Virus record (IMG/VR): IMGVR_UViG_3300023174_002543
Span: 187,664 to 251,663 of that record
Origin: a virus
DNA: 64,000 bases
Direction: 5' to 3' (one strand)
Below, one piece after another: positions 30,025 through 39,446 of the stretch. The first letter of the stretch is position 1, and each line of letters starts with the position of its first letter. A program made the translations under genes and the position numbers. The notes beneath the pieces are model-generated. The model ran no database searches. It was not told the DNA's origin and was given only the letters and a program-made list of their open reading frames with translations.

Positions 30025-31361
30025 TATTTGTCATCCCTAAATCTAACAAAGCGAGGGAAACGTAAACTATACGTACCATCACGATTTTGTGTAATCACAT
30101 CGCACATGATTTCAGCAGTACGACCAATGATGTGATTAGTGTTAGCCCAAAACTCATCACGATCATCATCGCTAAAACCACTTCCCACATTGACGGAGAT
30201 TTCTTTTCCGTCATCGAATCCCGAACAAACCAGTGCACCAAGTCGTCCTTCATTTCTTCCAGTACCTTCTTCGACACCTATGACCTCCAAGTCTACAGTA
30301 ATGACAGGCTTCCACTTCATCCAGTCTGTACTACGCTTACAGACATATGGCGCATCAACATTCTTAATCATAATGCCCTCGAATCCAAGATTCACTTGAT
30401 CCTTAGCATATCGTTCTAATTGATTTTTACCTGCCGCTGTATCCAAATCAACCATGATATGTGGTAACAATTCAACATTAGGCATGTCATCAATGATACT
30501 ACGCATATCTTCTAAAATGTTAATGCGTTTGTGTAGTTGTGCATTCCAATGACCTTCACGGAAAGCATCAATTGGTAGAATGTCAAATACATTAAACACA
30601 CTATCCTCTGCTTGTACATCAGTCTTGCGGCGCGCCTGACGCATAAGTTCTTGGAATGTATTACCAATCACTTCACCATCCATCACAAAGCCCATGCTCA
30701 AGTTACTACTTGCGGCTTTATGTGTAAGTTTTACAAAGTTCTCACGTATTTGATTTTCAATATGACCAAAGTTGTCAAACTGTTTACCATTGCGACTGAA
30801 ACAAATAGTGACAATATTGCCATCCTCATCAGGGATAGCTGTCAACAACACACGAACGCCGTCAAGTTTAGGCTCAAGACGTTTGATGCCTTTCATCTCT
30901 GGACGACCTTCACTATTAGTTGCTAGTTGACAACCAAAGATTGGTACTTCATATTCAGTACCTTTACAAATCTTATTGATTGTCTTATCACTGATACCTG
31001 CTCGTAAGTCTCTACGCAACACTGGTGCTAAGAATGTGTTCCATTCAATACTATCAAACCGCTCAGACATATTTTGTACAGCATCACGTGCCGCATGACC
31101 TGTCAATTTACGTTGGCTAAGTTGATACATCAACATATTGAATTCATCCCAGGGATTTTCTGCGTCAACAATACCTACAGTATCGGGTACTTGACGAATA
31201 CCAAATGTAACATAGGGATTATAACAGGCGTTGGTAAAACCCAAGAAAATTTGACTATTGCGACTGCCTAGGACACTTGCCTCAAGAGCCTGCAAAATTA
31301 CATCTTCTTTATGAAGGCGACTATCGCTCTCGTTTAATTTATTAATCCAACTTGCACTCAT
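30024..31361 (-). CDS. ATP-dependent DNA ligase (KLDG motif I, EGIMIK motif IV, LRFPRF motif VI)
   Basis: Nucleotidyltransferase motifs in order. Confidence 0.8.
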   Translation of the reverse strand: MSASWINKLNESDSRLHKEDVILQALEASVLGSRNSQIFLGFTNACYNPYVTFGIRQVPDTVGIVDAENPWDEFNMLMYQLSQRKLTGHAARDAVQNMSERFDSIEWNTFLAPVLRRDLRAGISDKTINKICKGTEYEVPIFGCQLATNSEGRPEMKGIKRLEPKLDGVRVLLTAIPDEDGNIVTICFSRNGKQFDNFGHIENQIRENFVKLTHKAASSNLSMGFVMDGEVIGNTFQELMRQARRKTDVQAEDSVFNVFDILPIDAFREGHWNAQLHKRINILEDMRSIIDDMPNVELLPHIMVDLDTAAGKNQLERYAKDQVNLGFEGIMIKNVDAPYVCKRSTDWMKWKPVITVDLEVIGVEEGTGRNEGRLGALVCSGFDDGKEISVNVGSGFSDDDRDEFWANTNHIIGRTAEIMCDVITQNRDGTYSLRFPRFVRFRDDK

Positions 31362-31369
31362 TTATATCT

Positions 31370-31547
31370 CCTATGCCATTTTGTCAATGTTACTACCTTT
31401 GTCAAGGTCTTGCGGTCTAATTTGTTCTAATTCACGTTGTCTATCTTTGATAACTTTAATCTGTTGTTGTTTAATTGTTTCTTGATGGGCAAGTTTCTGT
31501 AACTCAATTTTATGAGCCATTGCTGGATTAATTCTATCAACCTTCAT
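31370..31547 (-). CDS. Small (59 aa) coiled-coil protein, not in ORF track; GGAG RBS
   Basis: Manual translation MKVDRINPAMAHKIELQKLAHQE... Confidence 0.3.
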
Positions 31548-31597
31548 CTATGTCACTCCTATGTTATAGTCAGTGTCAAAATAAAGCAGATAGGTTT

Positions 31598-32392
31598 TCA
31601 TTTTGGCATCATCAATGCATTGAAGTTTGAAGGAACAACAATAGTCTGTACTTGACCGTTCTTGATACCTTCACTGATATTCAACATGGCTTGTGCTTGC
31701 ATGAATGCAATACTAGCACCTGAGTTATTAGCCAATGCTGCCATTCTGCGACTTTCTGCTTCGGCAGTTTTTACTTCAACTTCCTTTTGCTTGAGTTCGT
31801 TTTTGCTACGAACCAATGCATTTGCAGATTCAACCACTGTATCGCTAGGCAACACATTACGAATCATCACTTGACTGATTGTGATACTGCCATCTAGTTT
31901 TTCTTCGGCAAGATTGCGAGTAATCTCATCCTTGATGTAGTTCTCCATGTCAGTGCGATTGTCTGCCATGTCCAGTGCTTCGTGCTTGCGGGCTGATTTG
32001 TAAATAGCATTGCGGGCATTTTGCACAATGTAGTTATACATCACATAAGTGTCACCACGAAACTCAGCGTGAAAACTCTTGTTCTTGGTTGCGTACAACT
32101 CACTTACTTGTTGTGGGTTGATGTTGTAAACAACTACAGCATCAAAGTCTTTCATTGTAGAATTGTCTTTAGCAACAGGAGTCATGTTCTCCAATGTCAC
32201 ATTAACGTCCTTGATAGGGAATGTAAGCACATCACCGATCAATGTTTGATTGAATGATCCGGGCATCAATTCACCTGGCTGAACCTGTCTATCAAAGCCA
32301 ACTCGCACGCCAACTTCACCTGTTTCAATACGTGTACAACCTGTTGCCAAAACTGCAGCAGCAAGAATAGAGAGGGTGAAAATACGTTTCAT
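31598..32392 (-). CDS. SPFH/Band-7 (HflC/stomatin-like) lipoprotein (lipobox LATGC)
   Basis: SPFH core and coiled-coil tail. Confidence 0.55.
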   Translation of the reverse strand: MKRIFTLSILAAAVLATGCTRIETGEVGVRVGFDRQVQPGELMPGSFNQTLIGDVLTFPIKDVNVTLENMTPVAKDNSTMKDFDAVVVYNINPQQVSELYATKNKSFHAEFRGDTYVMYNYIVQNARNAIYKSARKHEALDMADNRTDMENYIKDEITRNLAEEKLDGSITISQVMIRNVLPSDTVVESANALVRSKNELKQKEVEVKTAEAESRRMAALANNSGASIAFMQAQAMLNISEGIKNGQVQTIVVPSNFNALMMPK

Positions 32393-32405
32393 TATGTTTC
32401 CTTAA

Positions 32406-32579
32406 AATAAAATAACAATCAACATTAACAGCACTATTGCTGTCAATGCACATAGTATACTATAACCAAGCAATTTTGTCAATGCCCATTTGTCTTTCCC
32501 GGACAAATCCCTGTAGCCTTTTATGCCAAAATAAAACACGAAAAACACAAACAAAAATGCCAATATAATTTTAATCATT
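32406..32579 (-). CDS. Small (57 aa) membrane protein, not in ORF track
   Basis: Manual translation MIKIILAFLFVFFVFYFGIKGYRDLSGKDKW... Confidence 0.3.
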
Positions 32580-32773
32580 CTTCAACTCCAAATGTATTTT
32601 TAAAATCTTTAACGCAAAACAATATACTGTTAGCATTTTGTTTAGTAACCTCTGATTGAAGTTCATGTTGAAAAGCCACGCATTGACTAAAAGTATCATG
32701 CTTGCCCAATTCACCTAGAGGGAAAGACTGCTCAAAGGGTTCAAACAAAACTAAAATCAATGACCACATGATA

Positions 32774-33181
32774 TTACCAGCTACTGTTGTAAAAGACTTT
32801 CAATCCTAAAAATATTTCTGCTTTGGCTTCAATACAGAATTTTAAATCATCGTGATAATAAATGTTATCTGCAGGATTACCAAAAAAGAAACCTGTTGTA
32901 TTAGGCAAATGTCTTTTCTTAATGTCTTTTTCAAGCCTACTAATATCTTCCCATGATAATTCAAGTTCAATACCATTGAAGGTTTTAGTACCACCTTTTT
33001 CACGATATAGATTTTCCATCCAGCCATGTAGGTTAGGATGCTTACGCCAATATGCTAATTCACGCGGTTTGGTTATAGTGCTTGAATCTTTTTCCCAATC
33101 ATAGTTTTCATAATATTCTTTCATCTTGTCGGCTTTAGAGGCGACATAAGCATACATATCTAAACCCATATTAATCTCCAA
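32774..33181 (-). CDS. Hypothetical protein
   Basis: ORF. Confidence 0.35.
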   Translation of the reverse strand: MEINMGLDMYAYVASKADKMKEYYENYDWEKDSSTITKPRELAYWRKHPNLHGWMENLYREKGGTKTFNGIELELSWEDISRLEKDIKKRHLPNTTGFFFGNPADNIYYHDDLKFCIEAKAEIFLGLKVFYNSSW

Positions 33182-33445
33182 AAACTAAAATTATAATTGC
33201 TAAAAATAATGACCAGCCAAGATGACCTAGCATCAACAACATGAGTACACCAATCCAAGCCATTTATTTTGCCTGCTCAATCGCAATTGCTTTTGTTTTC
33301 TCAATACTGTTGTCCACCATTTTAGCAATACCGCTAAAACCTACGGTAGCGACTACAATACCAAAAACTGTACCAATGATAAAAGTCTTCATACGAACTC
33401 CTGTGTGTAAAGATGATTATAGTATACTATATTGCGTAATATATG

Positions 33446-34099
33446 TCAAGTTAATTTGACCCGACTCAATTGGGTACTATTGTCACGGTGTGCTTTAACA
33501 GTACCATTGACAATGATATTTTGTCCAACTGGGATACTTTCTTTGTAAGAAAAAAACACTACCTCATCTGCGGGTGTAACTCCGGTAATAAAATTCACAT
33601 TATATCTATGTGAGAAAATAGATTTTAGTACTTCCAATTTAATTAGTGTAGCCTTTAATCCGGGCTTGCTAATGTAGCCACCTTGTGCAAATTTAATACG
33701 TTGGTCAACATTATCCCGTGCAACCGCACGTACATAAGAATTGGGCAAACTTGCAATAACTGCTAGGTCAAAGTTTTCGGTGATAACATCACGATTGCTA
33801 ATCAACATAACATTATTATCAAAGTCATTAAGTTTGATACCTTTAAGAACCTTGAATGTAAGACCTTGATAATATTGACGAACCTTTTTACCTTGCTCAC
33901 GGTTTTCATCAGTAATTTGGGTAGTATCTTCCATCAATGATACTATGATTTCACGATTAGCACGTGTACCATTCGTAAGTTGGTCGCTAGTTAATTCATT
34001 TAATTTTATATAACTGCCGTTAACTTGTTGAGCCTGACATGCTGCGGCCCAAACATCATTGGCATTATAATTCAGTACAGGTTTTTTATGTACAGCCAT
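33446..34099 (-). CDS. Hypothetical protein
   Basis: ORF. Confidence 0.4.
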   Translation of the reverse strand: MAVHKKPVLNYNANDVWAAACQAQQVNGSYIKLNELTSDQLTNGTRANREIIVSLMEDTTQITDENREQGKKVRQYYQGLTFKVLKGIKLNDFDNNVMLISNRDVITENFDLAVIASLPNSYVRAVARDNVDQRIKFAQGGYISKPGLKATLIKLEVLKSIFSHRYNVNFITGVTPADEVVFFSYKESIPVGQNIIVNGTVKAHRDNSTQLSRVKLT

Positions 34100-34581
34100 T
34101 ATACAGTCTCCACTTGTTTCAATGCAAACTCTAAACTAACCAATTCAGTCATGTCGCCGCTAGTAACATACCAAACATCGTCACGCATGATGTACATAAA
34201 CTCACAACCCATATCTTGGTAGTATTCAACTGCCTCAGAAAATTTAGTAAATGTTTTATAGCCTTGGTCTTCTTCGCCGCGGTCACGACCATAGAATGTA
34301 GACCAACCTTTAGATTCTGCTTCCTCATACAAAGCAATAAGGGCATCAACGTCGGGCGACTTGTCGTTGATTTCAAATTTGCTAAATGGGTGTTGTTCGC
34401 CGATATTAGGACGCAAACTAGAAAGATTACCAAGTGCTACCAGATAATTTGCTTTGGGACTATCATAATGCTTTTGCAAAATTTCACCATTGTGTTCCAA
34501 GTAACCGTCCCAATGACAGTATACCATTTTGCAGTTATCACCATGCATCACACCAATTGCTGAACGTGTAGCCATTTGCAA
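34099..34581 (-). CDS. Hypothetical protein
   Basis: ORF; preceded by consensus promoter. Confidence 0.4.
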   Translation of the reverse strand: MQMATRSAIGVMHGDNCKMVYCHWDGYLEHNGEILQKHYDSPKANYLVALGNLSSLRPNIGEQHPFSKFEINDKSPDVDALIALYEEAESKGWSTFYGRDRGEEDQGYKTFTKFSEAVEYYQDMGCEFMYIMRDDVWYVTSGDMTELVSLEFALKQVETV

Positions 34582-34609
34582 ACTCCTTTAATTAACTGAT
34601 TAAGACTCT

Positions 34610-34638
34610 ATTATATACCCAAAGTGATTTATTGTCAA
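34610..34638 (-). promoter_or_regulatory. Consensus promoter TTGACA-ATAAATCACTTTGGGTA-TATAAT
   Basis: Perfect -35/-10, 17-nt spacer. Confidence 0.65.
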
Positions 34639-34826
34639 CCTTTTTCGACCACGGTCAAATCGTTGACCCACTCTAGTTCCATCAATGCATCTTCCTCATT
34701 ATCAAACCCTACCGCATCATGTCCTGATGCATAGTGTTTAATGTAGAATTTTCCGTTGCCCGGGCTTGCCTCAGTATCGATACCAACTTCACCGACACCT
34801 TCAACTATTCTAACAATGAAATCCAT
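34635..34826 (-). CDS. Hypothetical small protein
   Basis: ORF. Confidence 0.3.
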   Translation of the reverse strand: MDFIVRIVEGVGEVGIDTEASPGNGKFYIKHYASGHDAVGFDNEEDALMELEWVNDLTVVEKG

Positions 34827-34827
34827 G

Positions 34828-35100
34828 TTATACTCCTACTCTATACGTATTATAATTACGGATTTTGCTTTGGCGATTAGTATGGCTTTCGTTGAAACGG
34901 ATTTCATAGCCACGTTCACGCAGGGCAGTAATCAATACTGACAAATCACAATCCTCTTCCAAGAAAGCATTCTCACCTTTTTGATAACTATAAGTAGAGA
35001 TTTTATCAGCGATACCAAGTTTCACCAATTTGGACTTAGCAATACGTGCCCAAGCATGACCTGGATCTGCAAAAACTTTGATAGAGATTTTTTTAGTCAT
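34828..35100 (-). CDS. Hypothetical small protein
   Basis: ORF. Confidence 0.35.
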   Translation of the reverse strand: MTKKISIKVFADPGHAWARIAKSKLVKLGIADKISTYSYQKGENAFLEEDCDLSVLITALRERGYEIRFNESHTNRQSKIRNYNTYRVGV

Positions 35101-35109
35101 TTGTACTCC

Positions 35110-35382
35110 TTAGACCAAATCAACTTGTACTTGTTTGCCACGGAAAGTGTCACCGAGACCTGTTGGAATCGTTTCGTTTTTGCGTTTGGCTTCATAACGC
35201 AAATAAGACAATTTAATCATTGCGTCCCAGCAAAGTGAGCGGGCGTTAACTGTAGCAAATTGCTCGGTCATTTGCTGGATTGTCATATAAAAACCAACGT
35301 CATTTTCACTACCGTCACCCTTGAAAATGATACGGAATTTTTGTGAATTTTTGAAACCGTCAATGATAGTTTTTGTACGCAT
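35110..35382 (-). CDS. Hypothetical small protein
   Basis: ORF with promoter+RBS. Confidence 0.4.
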   Translation of the reverse strand: MRTKTIIDGFKNSQKFRIIFKGDGSENDVGFYMTIQQMTEQFATVNARSLCWDAMIKLSYLRYEAKRKNETIPTGLGDTFRGKQVQVDLV

Positions 35383-35415
35383 TTTGTAGTCCTTTTCTTT
35401 ACTGTCTAAGATTCT

Positions 35416-35444
35416 ATTATATACCCAAATCCATTTATTGTCAA
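35416..35444 (-). promoter_or_regulatory. Consensus promoter TTGACA-ATAAATGGATTTGGGTA-TATAAT
   Basis: Read directly. Confidence 0.65.
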
Positions 35445-35785
35445 GCCATTTTGTATGATTTTATGAATTCAGGACCAACATCTAGACTAACAAAAGTATC
35501 ACCTTGCATACCTTGCTCAGAATAAGAAACATCAGTACCTAATTCTAGTCTAGAAAGTAATACTTTTACATTACTTAAAAATTCTTTATCCGTATAGATG
35601 AGGCCGTAAACATTCACATTCCAAGTATCAGGGCTAAAGTGTACCCTTAGTTCACCAAACTCCCAATCATCAGATGTATACGAAAGTTCTAATCCGGTAA
35701 CTAGTACTGTTTTAGCCAGGTTAGACCAATAACCAGAACCATCTGTACTCAACTTTGTATTAACTTTAATCATTAATTGCTCCAA
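35441..35785 (-). CDS. Hypothetical protein
   Basis: ORF. Confidence 0.35.
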   Translation of the reverse strand: MEQLMIKVNTKLSTDGSGYWSNLAKTVLVTGLELSYTSDDWEFGELRVHFSPDTWNVNVYGLIYTDKEFLSNVKVLLSRLELGTDVSYSEQGMQGDTFVSLDVGPEFIKSYKMA

Positions 35786-36063
35786 AAAGATTCGCTAGAG
35801 GGTGAACAGAAATACGGGGTATCATACCGTTCCTTGTATGTCTTACCAGTCATTAAATTTTGCTTAATTTCATAAGTTTGGAACATCTCAACAATGAAGC
35901 CCAACTTGCGTTTTGATTCAGCAACAGCCTCGATATAGTCTTTAGTAGAAGGGGCAAAATCTTCTTTTTTAATAAGACGTTTACCTTCTTTGACACGTTT
36001 GTCAGATTTGTAAATTTCAAGTGTGTAGCAAAGCATTTGTGACATTTGTGTTCCTTTAATCAA
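35773..36063 (-). CDS. Hypothetical protein
   Basis: ORF with promoter. Confidence 0.4.
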   Translation of the reverse strand: MIKGTQMSQMLCYTLEIYKSDKRVKEGKRLIKKEDFAPSTKDYIEAVAESKRKLGFIVEMFQTYEIKQNLMTGKTYKERYDTPYFCSPSSESFWSN

Positions 36064-36074
36064 TCAATACAAGT

Positions 36075-36103
36075 ATTATATACCCAAATCCATTTATTGT
36101 CAA
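36075..36103 (-). promoter_or_regulatory. Consensus promoter TTGACA-ATAAATGGATTTGGGTA-TATAAT (identical to 35416-35444)
   Basis: Read directly. Confidence 0.65.
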
Positions 36104-36105
36104 CC

Positions 36106-36480
36106 TCAGGCCGCTTTTCTAAAGTAATTATAGGGCAATCCCTGAGTAAAGCAAAAGTATTCATAATCACCGTTAGCACCCTCAGCATCCATCAACCAAG
36201 CAATCACACGTTCACGATTGGTACCAGTGTGCATGAGGTTAGTAATAGTATCCTCAAACTTAGCAATAGCCGCTGCCTCAGCAATTTTACGTTGGGCATC
36301 CTCTTGTTCAATAGCAGTAGCCAATGAAGCAAACTCTGCTTCAAATACCTCAAGGGTCCAACCAGAAGTGTCAACACCGCGAGGGCGAACGCCATAAGCA
36401 TCCTTGTACATATCCCAATATGTGCATTGGGCTTGTTCCAACTCAGACATTTCTTCCCAAGATTTGAATTCGTTTGACAT
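36106..36480 (-). CDS. Hypothetical acidic protein
   Basis: ORF with promoter and AAAGGAG RBS. Confidence 0.4.
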   Translation of the reverse strand: MSNEFKSWEEMSELEQAQCTYWDMYKDAYGVRPRGVDTSGWTLEVFEAEFASLATAIEQEDAQRKIAEAAAIAKFEDTITNLMHTGTNRERVIAWLMDAEGANGDYEYFCFTQGLPYNYFRKAA

Positions 36481-36513
36481 TTTGTACTCCTTTAATCAAC
36501 TAACTAAGACTCT

Positions 36514-36542
36514 ATTATATACCCAAATCCATTTATTGTCAA
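36514..36542 (-). promoter_or_regulatory. Consensus promoter TTGACA-ATAAATGGATTTGGGTA-TATAAT (third identical copy)
   Basis: Read directly. Confidence 0.65.
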
Positions 36543-36775
36543 GTTTTGGATTTCTCAGCACCGACGATTTCCCAATGATTTCCGTCACATTTGACAAAAA
36601 TCTTACGACCGAAAACTGTCACAAAACCATACTCACCGTCTTGGTAGACGTTGACCGGATCAGGGATAATGGTCACCGTGCGGGGTGTCTCACAGTAATC
36701 CCAACGCCTAGTAGGAAGTTTGTTTTTGAAATACATGTAATTCTGACTACCTGTAACAAAAAGTTTTACCTTCAT
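36539..36775 (-). CDS. Hypothetical small protein
   Basis: ORF. Confidence 0.35.
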   Translation of the reverse strand: MKVKLFVTGSQNYMYFKNKLPTRRWDYCETPRTVTIIPDPVNVYQDGEYGFVTVFGRKIFVKCDGNHWEIVGAEKSKT

Positions 36776-36805
36776 AACTAGCTCCTTTAATCAATCAATA
36801 CAAGT

Positions 36806-36834
36806 ATTATATACCCAAACCGATTTATTGTCAA
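36806..36834 (-). promoter_or_regulatory. Consensus promoter TTGACA-ATAAATCGGTTTGGGTA-TATAAT
   Basis: Read directly. Confidence 0.65.
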
Positions 36835-36848
36835 ATTTTGGGTTGTTG

Positions 36849-37049
36849 TTATTCTGCAACAGGAGCAAACATTTTTGCGCCCTCAACCATAAATATCCTA
36901 TACGCTTGCATGGTCTTTTCGCTATAGACCATTCGACCGTCTTTTTGAATGTCAGCTAAAAGTTCTAATAGACCTAGACCCAAAAATTCTTGTTCTTTTT
37001 TAAGTTGGGCTATTGCAGTTTCAATTTTCATAACAACTCCTTTAATCAA
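36849..37049 (-). CDS. Hypothetical small protein
   Basis: ORF. Confidence 0.35.
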   Translation of the reverse strand: MIKGVVMKIETAIAQLKKEQEFLGLGLLELLADIQKDGRMVYSEKTMQAYRIFMVEGAKMFAPVAE

Positions 37050-37060
37050 TCAATACATGT

Positions 37061-37089
37061 ATTATATGCCCAAAATGATTTATTGTCAA
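37061..37089 (-). promoter_or_regulatory. Consensus promoter TTGACA-ATAAATCATTTTGGGCA-TATAAT
   Basis: Read directly. Confidence 0.65.
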
Positions 37090-37096
37090 GCCGTGG

Positions 37097-37121
37097 AAAA
37101 GCCCCGACTAGCAGGGCTTTT
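37097..37121 (-). terminator. Hairpin AAAAGCCC-N9-GGGCTTTT after gene 37135..37407, immediately followed by next promoter
   Basis: 8-bp stem incl. T-run. Confidence 0.55.
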
Positions 37122-37134
37122 GAAACTAAAAGTA

Positions 37135-37407
37135 TTACTTTTTAGTTGTAGTACTTTGATTTACAAAACCATACATTTTTTCTGCGGTTTCTAAAATCTG
37201 CTCTAATCCAGGAAACTCTGGTGCGGCAACTGAATTAACAAGTTGTCCTGTTGCAGGATCTTTCTTTGCAGTTAGTTCCCAACCAGCAAATTTCATGCTG
37301 TATTCTTTTTCTACAAAATCTTTAGCCATTCCAAGAACATCGCTGCGAATTTCGTATCCGTTTTTACTGAATTTTACTTCAGGCATTTTTGGTGTAAAAT
37401 CTGACAT
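37135..37407 (-). CDS. Hypothetical small protein
   Basis: ORF with promoter, GGAG RBS and terminator. Confidence 0.45.
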   Translation of the reverse strand: MSDFTPKMPEVKFSKNGYEIRSDVLGMAKDFVEKEYSMKFAGWELTAKKDPATGQLVNSVAAPEFPGLEQILETAEKMYGFVNQSTTTKK

Positions 37408-37431
37408 ATTGTCTCCTGTGTTTGTGTGTAA

Positions 37432-37460
37432 ATTATATAGCCATTAAGATTGAAAGTCAA
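37432..37460 (-). promoter_or_regulatory. Promoter TTGACT-N17-TATAAT; -35 inside palindrome AGATTGAAAGTCAATCT
   Basis: Read directly. Confidence 0.55.
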
Positions 37461-37492
37461 TCTAGTTTGGGTTTATCTACCCTTTAAACTAG
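37461..37492 (-). terminator. Imperfect hairpin CTAGTTTGGGT..ACCCTTTAAACTAG downstream of 37553..37738
   Basis: Inverted repeat with internal bulge. Confidence 0.3.
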
Positions 37493-37552
37493 AATCGTTT
37501 CTATGTTTTTTAATAGCTTGGATGGCTTCTAAGATGCTTAGAATAAATTTTT

Positions 37553-37738
37553 TCATAGTATACCTCTAGATATTTTCATGTTGTATTCAACTGTAAGACG
37601 TTCCACATCACCTGAATGTTGTGGGTTACGCTCAGTAATATATTGTTCTAAACTAGAACCATATGAAGTGTCGTTTGAAATTTTGGCAACTTTATAACCG
37701 GCATAAGCCAATGCTACAATAAGTAGAGTTATTAACAT
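37553..37738 (-). CDS. Small membrane protein (N-terminal TM helix)
   Basis: ORF. Confidence 0.35.
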   Translation of the reverse strand: MLITLLIVALAYAGYKVAKISNDTSYGSSLEQYITERNPQHSGDVERLTVEYNMKISRGIL

Positions 37739-37739
37739 A

Positions 37740-38027
37740 TTACTTTGTTTTCTTGCTTGCAGCTTTAGCAGGTGCTGTTGGTGCGAATTTATCTAAACCA
37801 TATGCTGAAATAAGGTCTTTAACAAAGTCTTTCTTTGTAACAAGTGTACCAAAATTCAACATTGTTTCAATGTTTGTGTCTAATACTGATTTAGTGTATT
37901 CTGTTTGGGCTTGAACGAATTTAGTCATCGTTTCTGCTAGACCTTCGTGTTTAACGAAAGCTGAAACGAATTGTAGTTTACCCTTTTGTACCGCATCAAC
38001 GGCATCGTGTGTGAAAGATTGAATCAT
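37740..38027 (-). CDS. Hypothetical small protein
   Basis: ORF. Confidence 0.35.
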   Translation of the reverse strand: MIQSFTHDAVDAVQKGKLQFVSAFVKHEGLAETMTKFVQAQTEYTKSVLDTNIETMLNFGTLVTKKDFVKDLISAYGLDKFAPTAPAKAASKKTK

Positions 38028-38299
38028 AATTTTCTCCTATGTGTGTGTATGATTTTGGGTTTTTATACAGAACCCATAACTGCACAAGTATTTATGCCTG
38101 TGAATTTTTATTATAACATACTTCTCTGTATTTGTGTAGAGCCTTGACTCTAATTAGAGCCAATCGTATTGTTACATAATCTGATAACGGTTCATCATCA
38201 ATTTCATGATGGACTATCTTCGGGCGATCAAACCCTCTTTGTAAGTCTAGTTCGTCTGGTCCGGGCGGACCGTTACCTTCATCATCAATGTCAAATATT

Positions 38300-38509
38300 T
38301 TATTTGGATGCCTTACTATCTTTAGCAGGTTTCTTTGCGTCCTTGGCAGTGCTAGAACTTTTACTGGGACTTTTGGTGGTGTCCACCTTTGCATCCTTAC
38401 TGTGGTCTTTTTTCTTTGCCAATTTAACACCCGAATCAGTTACGGTTGGTTCATTTGCATATGCTACGAATGTGAATGTTGCTAGAATGATTGCGATAAG
38501 TTGTTTCAT
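38300..38509 (-). CDS. Small secreted Lys-rich protein (signal peptide MKQLIAIILATFTFVAYA|N)
   Basis: Signal peptide; overlaps alternative frame ORF 38092..38430. Confidence 0.35.
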   Translation of the reverse strand: MKQLIAIILATFTFVAYANEPTVTDSGVKLAKKKDHSKDAKVDTTKSPSKSSSTAKDAKKPAKDSKASK

Positions 38510-38542
38510 TTTATGTTCCTTTAAAAATATTACTCATATATA

Positions 38543-38563
38543 TAACGCGGTAGCCCGCGTTAT
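38543..38563 (-). terminator. Hairpin ATAACGCGG-TAGC-CCGCGTTAT
   Basis: 9-bp perfect stem. Confidence 0.4.
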
Positions 38564-38576
38564 CGTTGACAAGTAT

Positions 38577-38753
38577 TTATCCGCCTCTACCACTTCGTCT
38601 TACTACACTAGCACCACCGAATCCCTTTGTATTTGCTTTTGGCCCTTGTTTCTTTGGTGCTTTACCTAATCCAGGATGCTCGCCTTGATTTTTCTTTTTA
38701 GCATCGTTAGCCATATTGATGAATGGGTTCTTGCTTTTCTTTTCTTCTGTCAT
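38577..38753 (-). CDS. Small (58 aa) basic Gly/Lys-rich protein, not in ORF track
   Basis: Manual translation MTEEKKSKNPFINMANDAKKKNQGEHPGLGKAPKKQGPKANTKGFGGASVVRRSGRGG. Confidence 0.25.
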   Translation of the reverse strand: MTEEKKSKNPFINMANDAKKKNQGEHPGLGKAPKKQGPKANTKGFGGASVVRRSGRGG

Positions 38754-39193
38754 TATCGTACCTTTACTGATTTAAGATATTCTGATATGTTACCATACAG
38801 ACTAACCAACATAGCAATCTTACTGTCATATAATCTTATGAAAGGTTTCTTGCTATCTTCTACTTTATTTACGCCTATGTAGTAGGGACATTTTAATTTT
38901 TTATTTAACTCTAATAGATAATTATGCCAGCCGCCACCAGACTTGGTATCTATTGTAAAATCGTAATTATAAAATTCTATTTTGGCATACCTGAATGATA
39001 AATCACCGATATCAGATAATCGTAGTCCGCCATCTGGTCTTTGAACCATCCACCATTTTTTCATGGCTTCTTCTTGTGTCCAAGTAGGACCGTCTATATC
39101 TAATTCTTTGATAATTTGTTGTGTGACTAATTCTTTATAAGATAGTTTAGTCATCTGGATAAACTCTAGTGCCGGTAGATAGAAACACGACAC
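38753..39193 (-). CDS. Hypothetical protein
   Basis: ORF. Confidence 0.35.
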   Translation of the reverse strand: MSCFYLPALEFIQMTKLSYKELVTQQIIKELDIDGPTWTQEEAMKKWWMVQRPDGGLRLSDIGDLSFRYAKIEFYNYDFTIDTKSGGGWHNYLLELNKKLKCPYYIGVNKVEDSKKPFIRLYDSKIAMLVSLYGNISEYLKSVKVR

Positions 39194-39446
39194 TAAATTT
39201 ATCTGTTTTGAATTGGTTGTTTAATTTGCGACAGAGATTTCTGGCGTGCCCTGGATTACTAAAACTAGTCTTCTTATATTTGGGCACAGTATTGCTATCT
39301 AAGTAATGTGAACTTTTTAAATTGATAGGTTGGTCATCATAGAAGACTGCCCATATTCCACTGGCTTCTACGATTTGGTCACATTTATAACTTGTTTTAT
39401 CTACTATCTCTAATAGAACTTTTGGTTGTGTTCTACTCATTACCAA
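39147..39446 (-). CDS. Hypothetical protein
   Basis: ORF. Confidence 0.3.
   Translation of the reverse strand: MVMSRTQPKVLLEIVDKTSYKCDQIVEASGIWAVFYDDQPINLKSSHYLDSNTVPKYKKTSFSNPGHARNLCRKLNNQFKTDKFSVVFLSTGTRVYPDD

Noticed and set aside
31380-31400. Double TTGACA motif upstream of the ligase gene
   Set aside because: No acceptable -10 hexamer at 16-18 nt spacing. The sequence is the 3' end of a small coiled-coil ORF.
38092-38430. 112-aa ORF overlapping the signal-peptide ORF 38300..38509 in another frame
   Set aside because: Both cannot be fully coding. The signal-peptide ORF has a cleaner start context. The long ORF may be real only in its non-overlapping 3' part, left uncalled.
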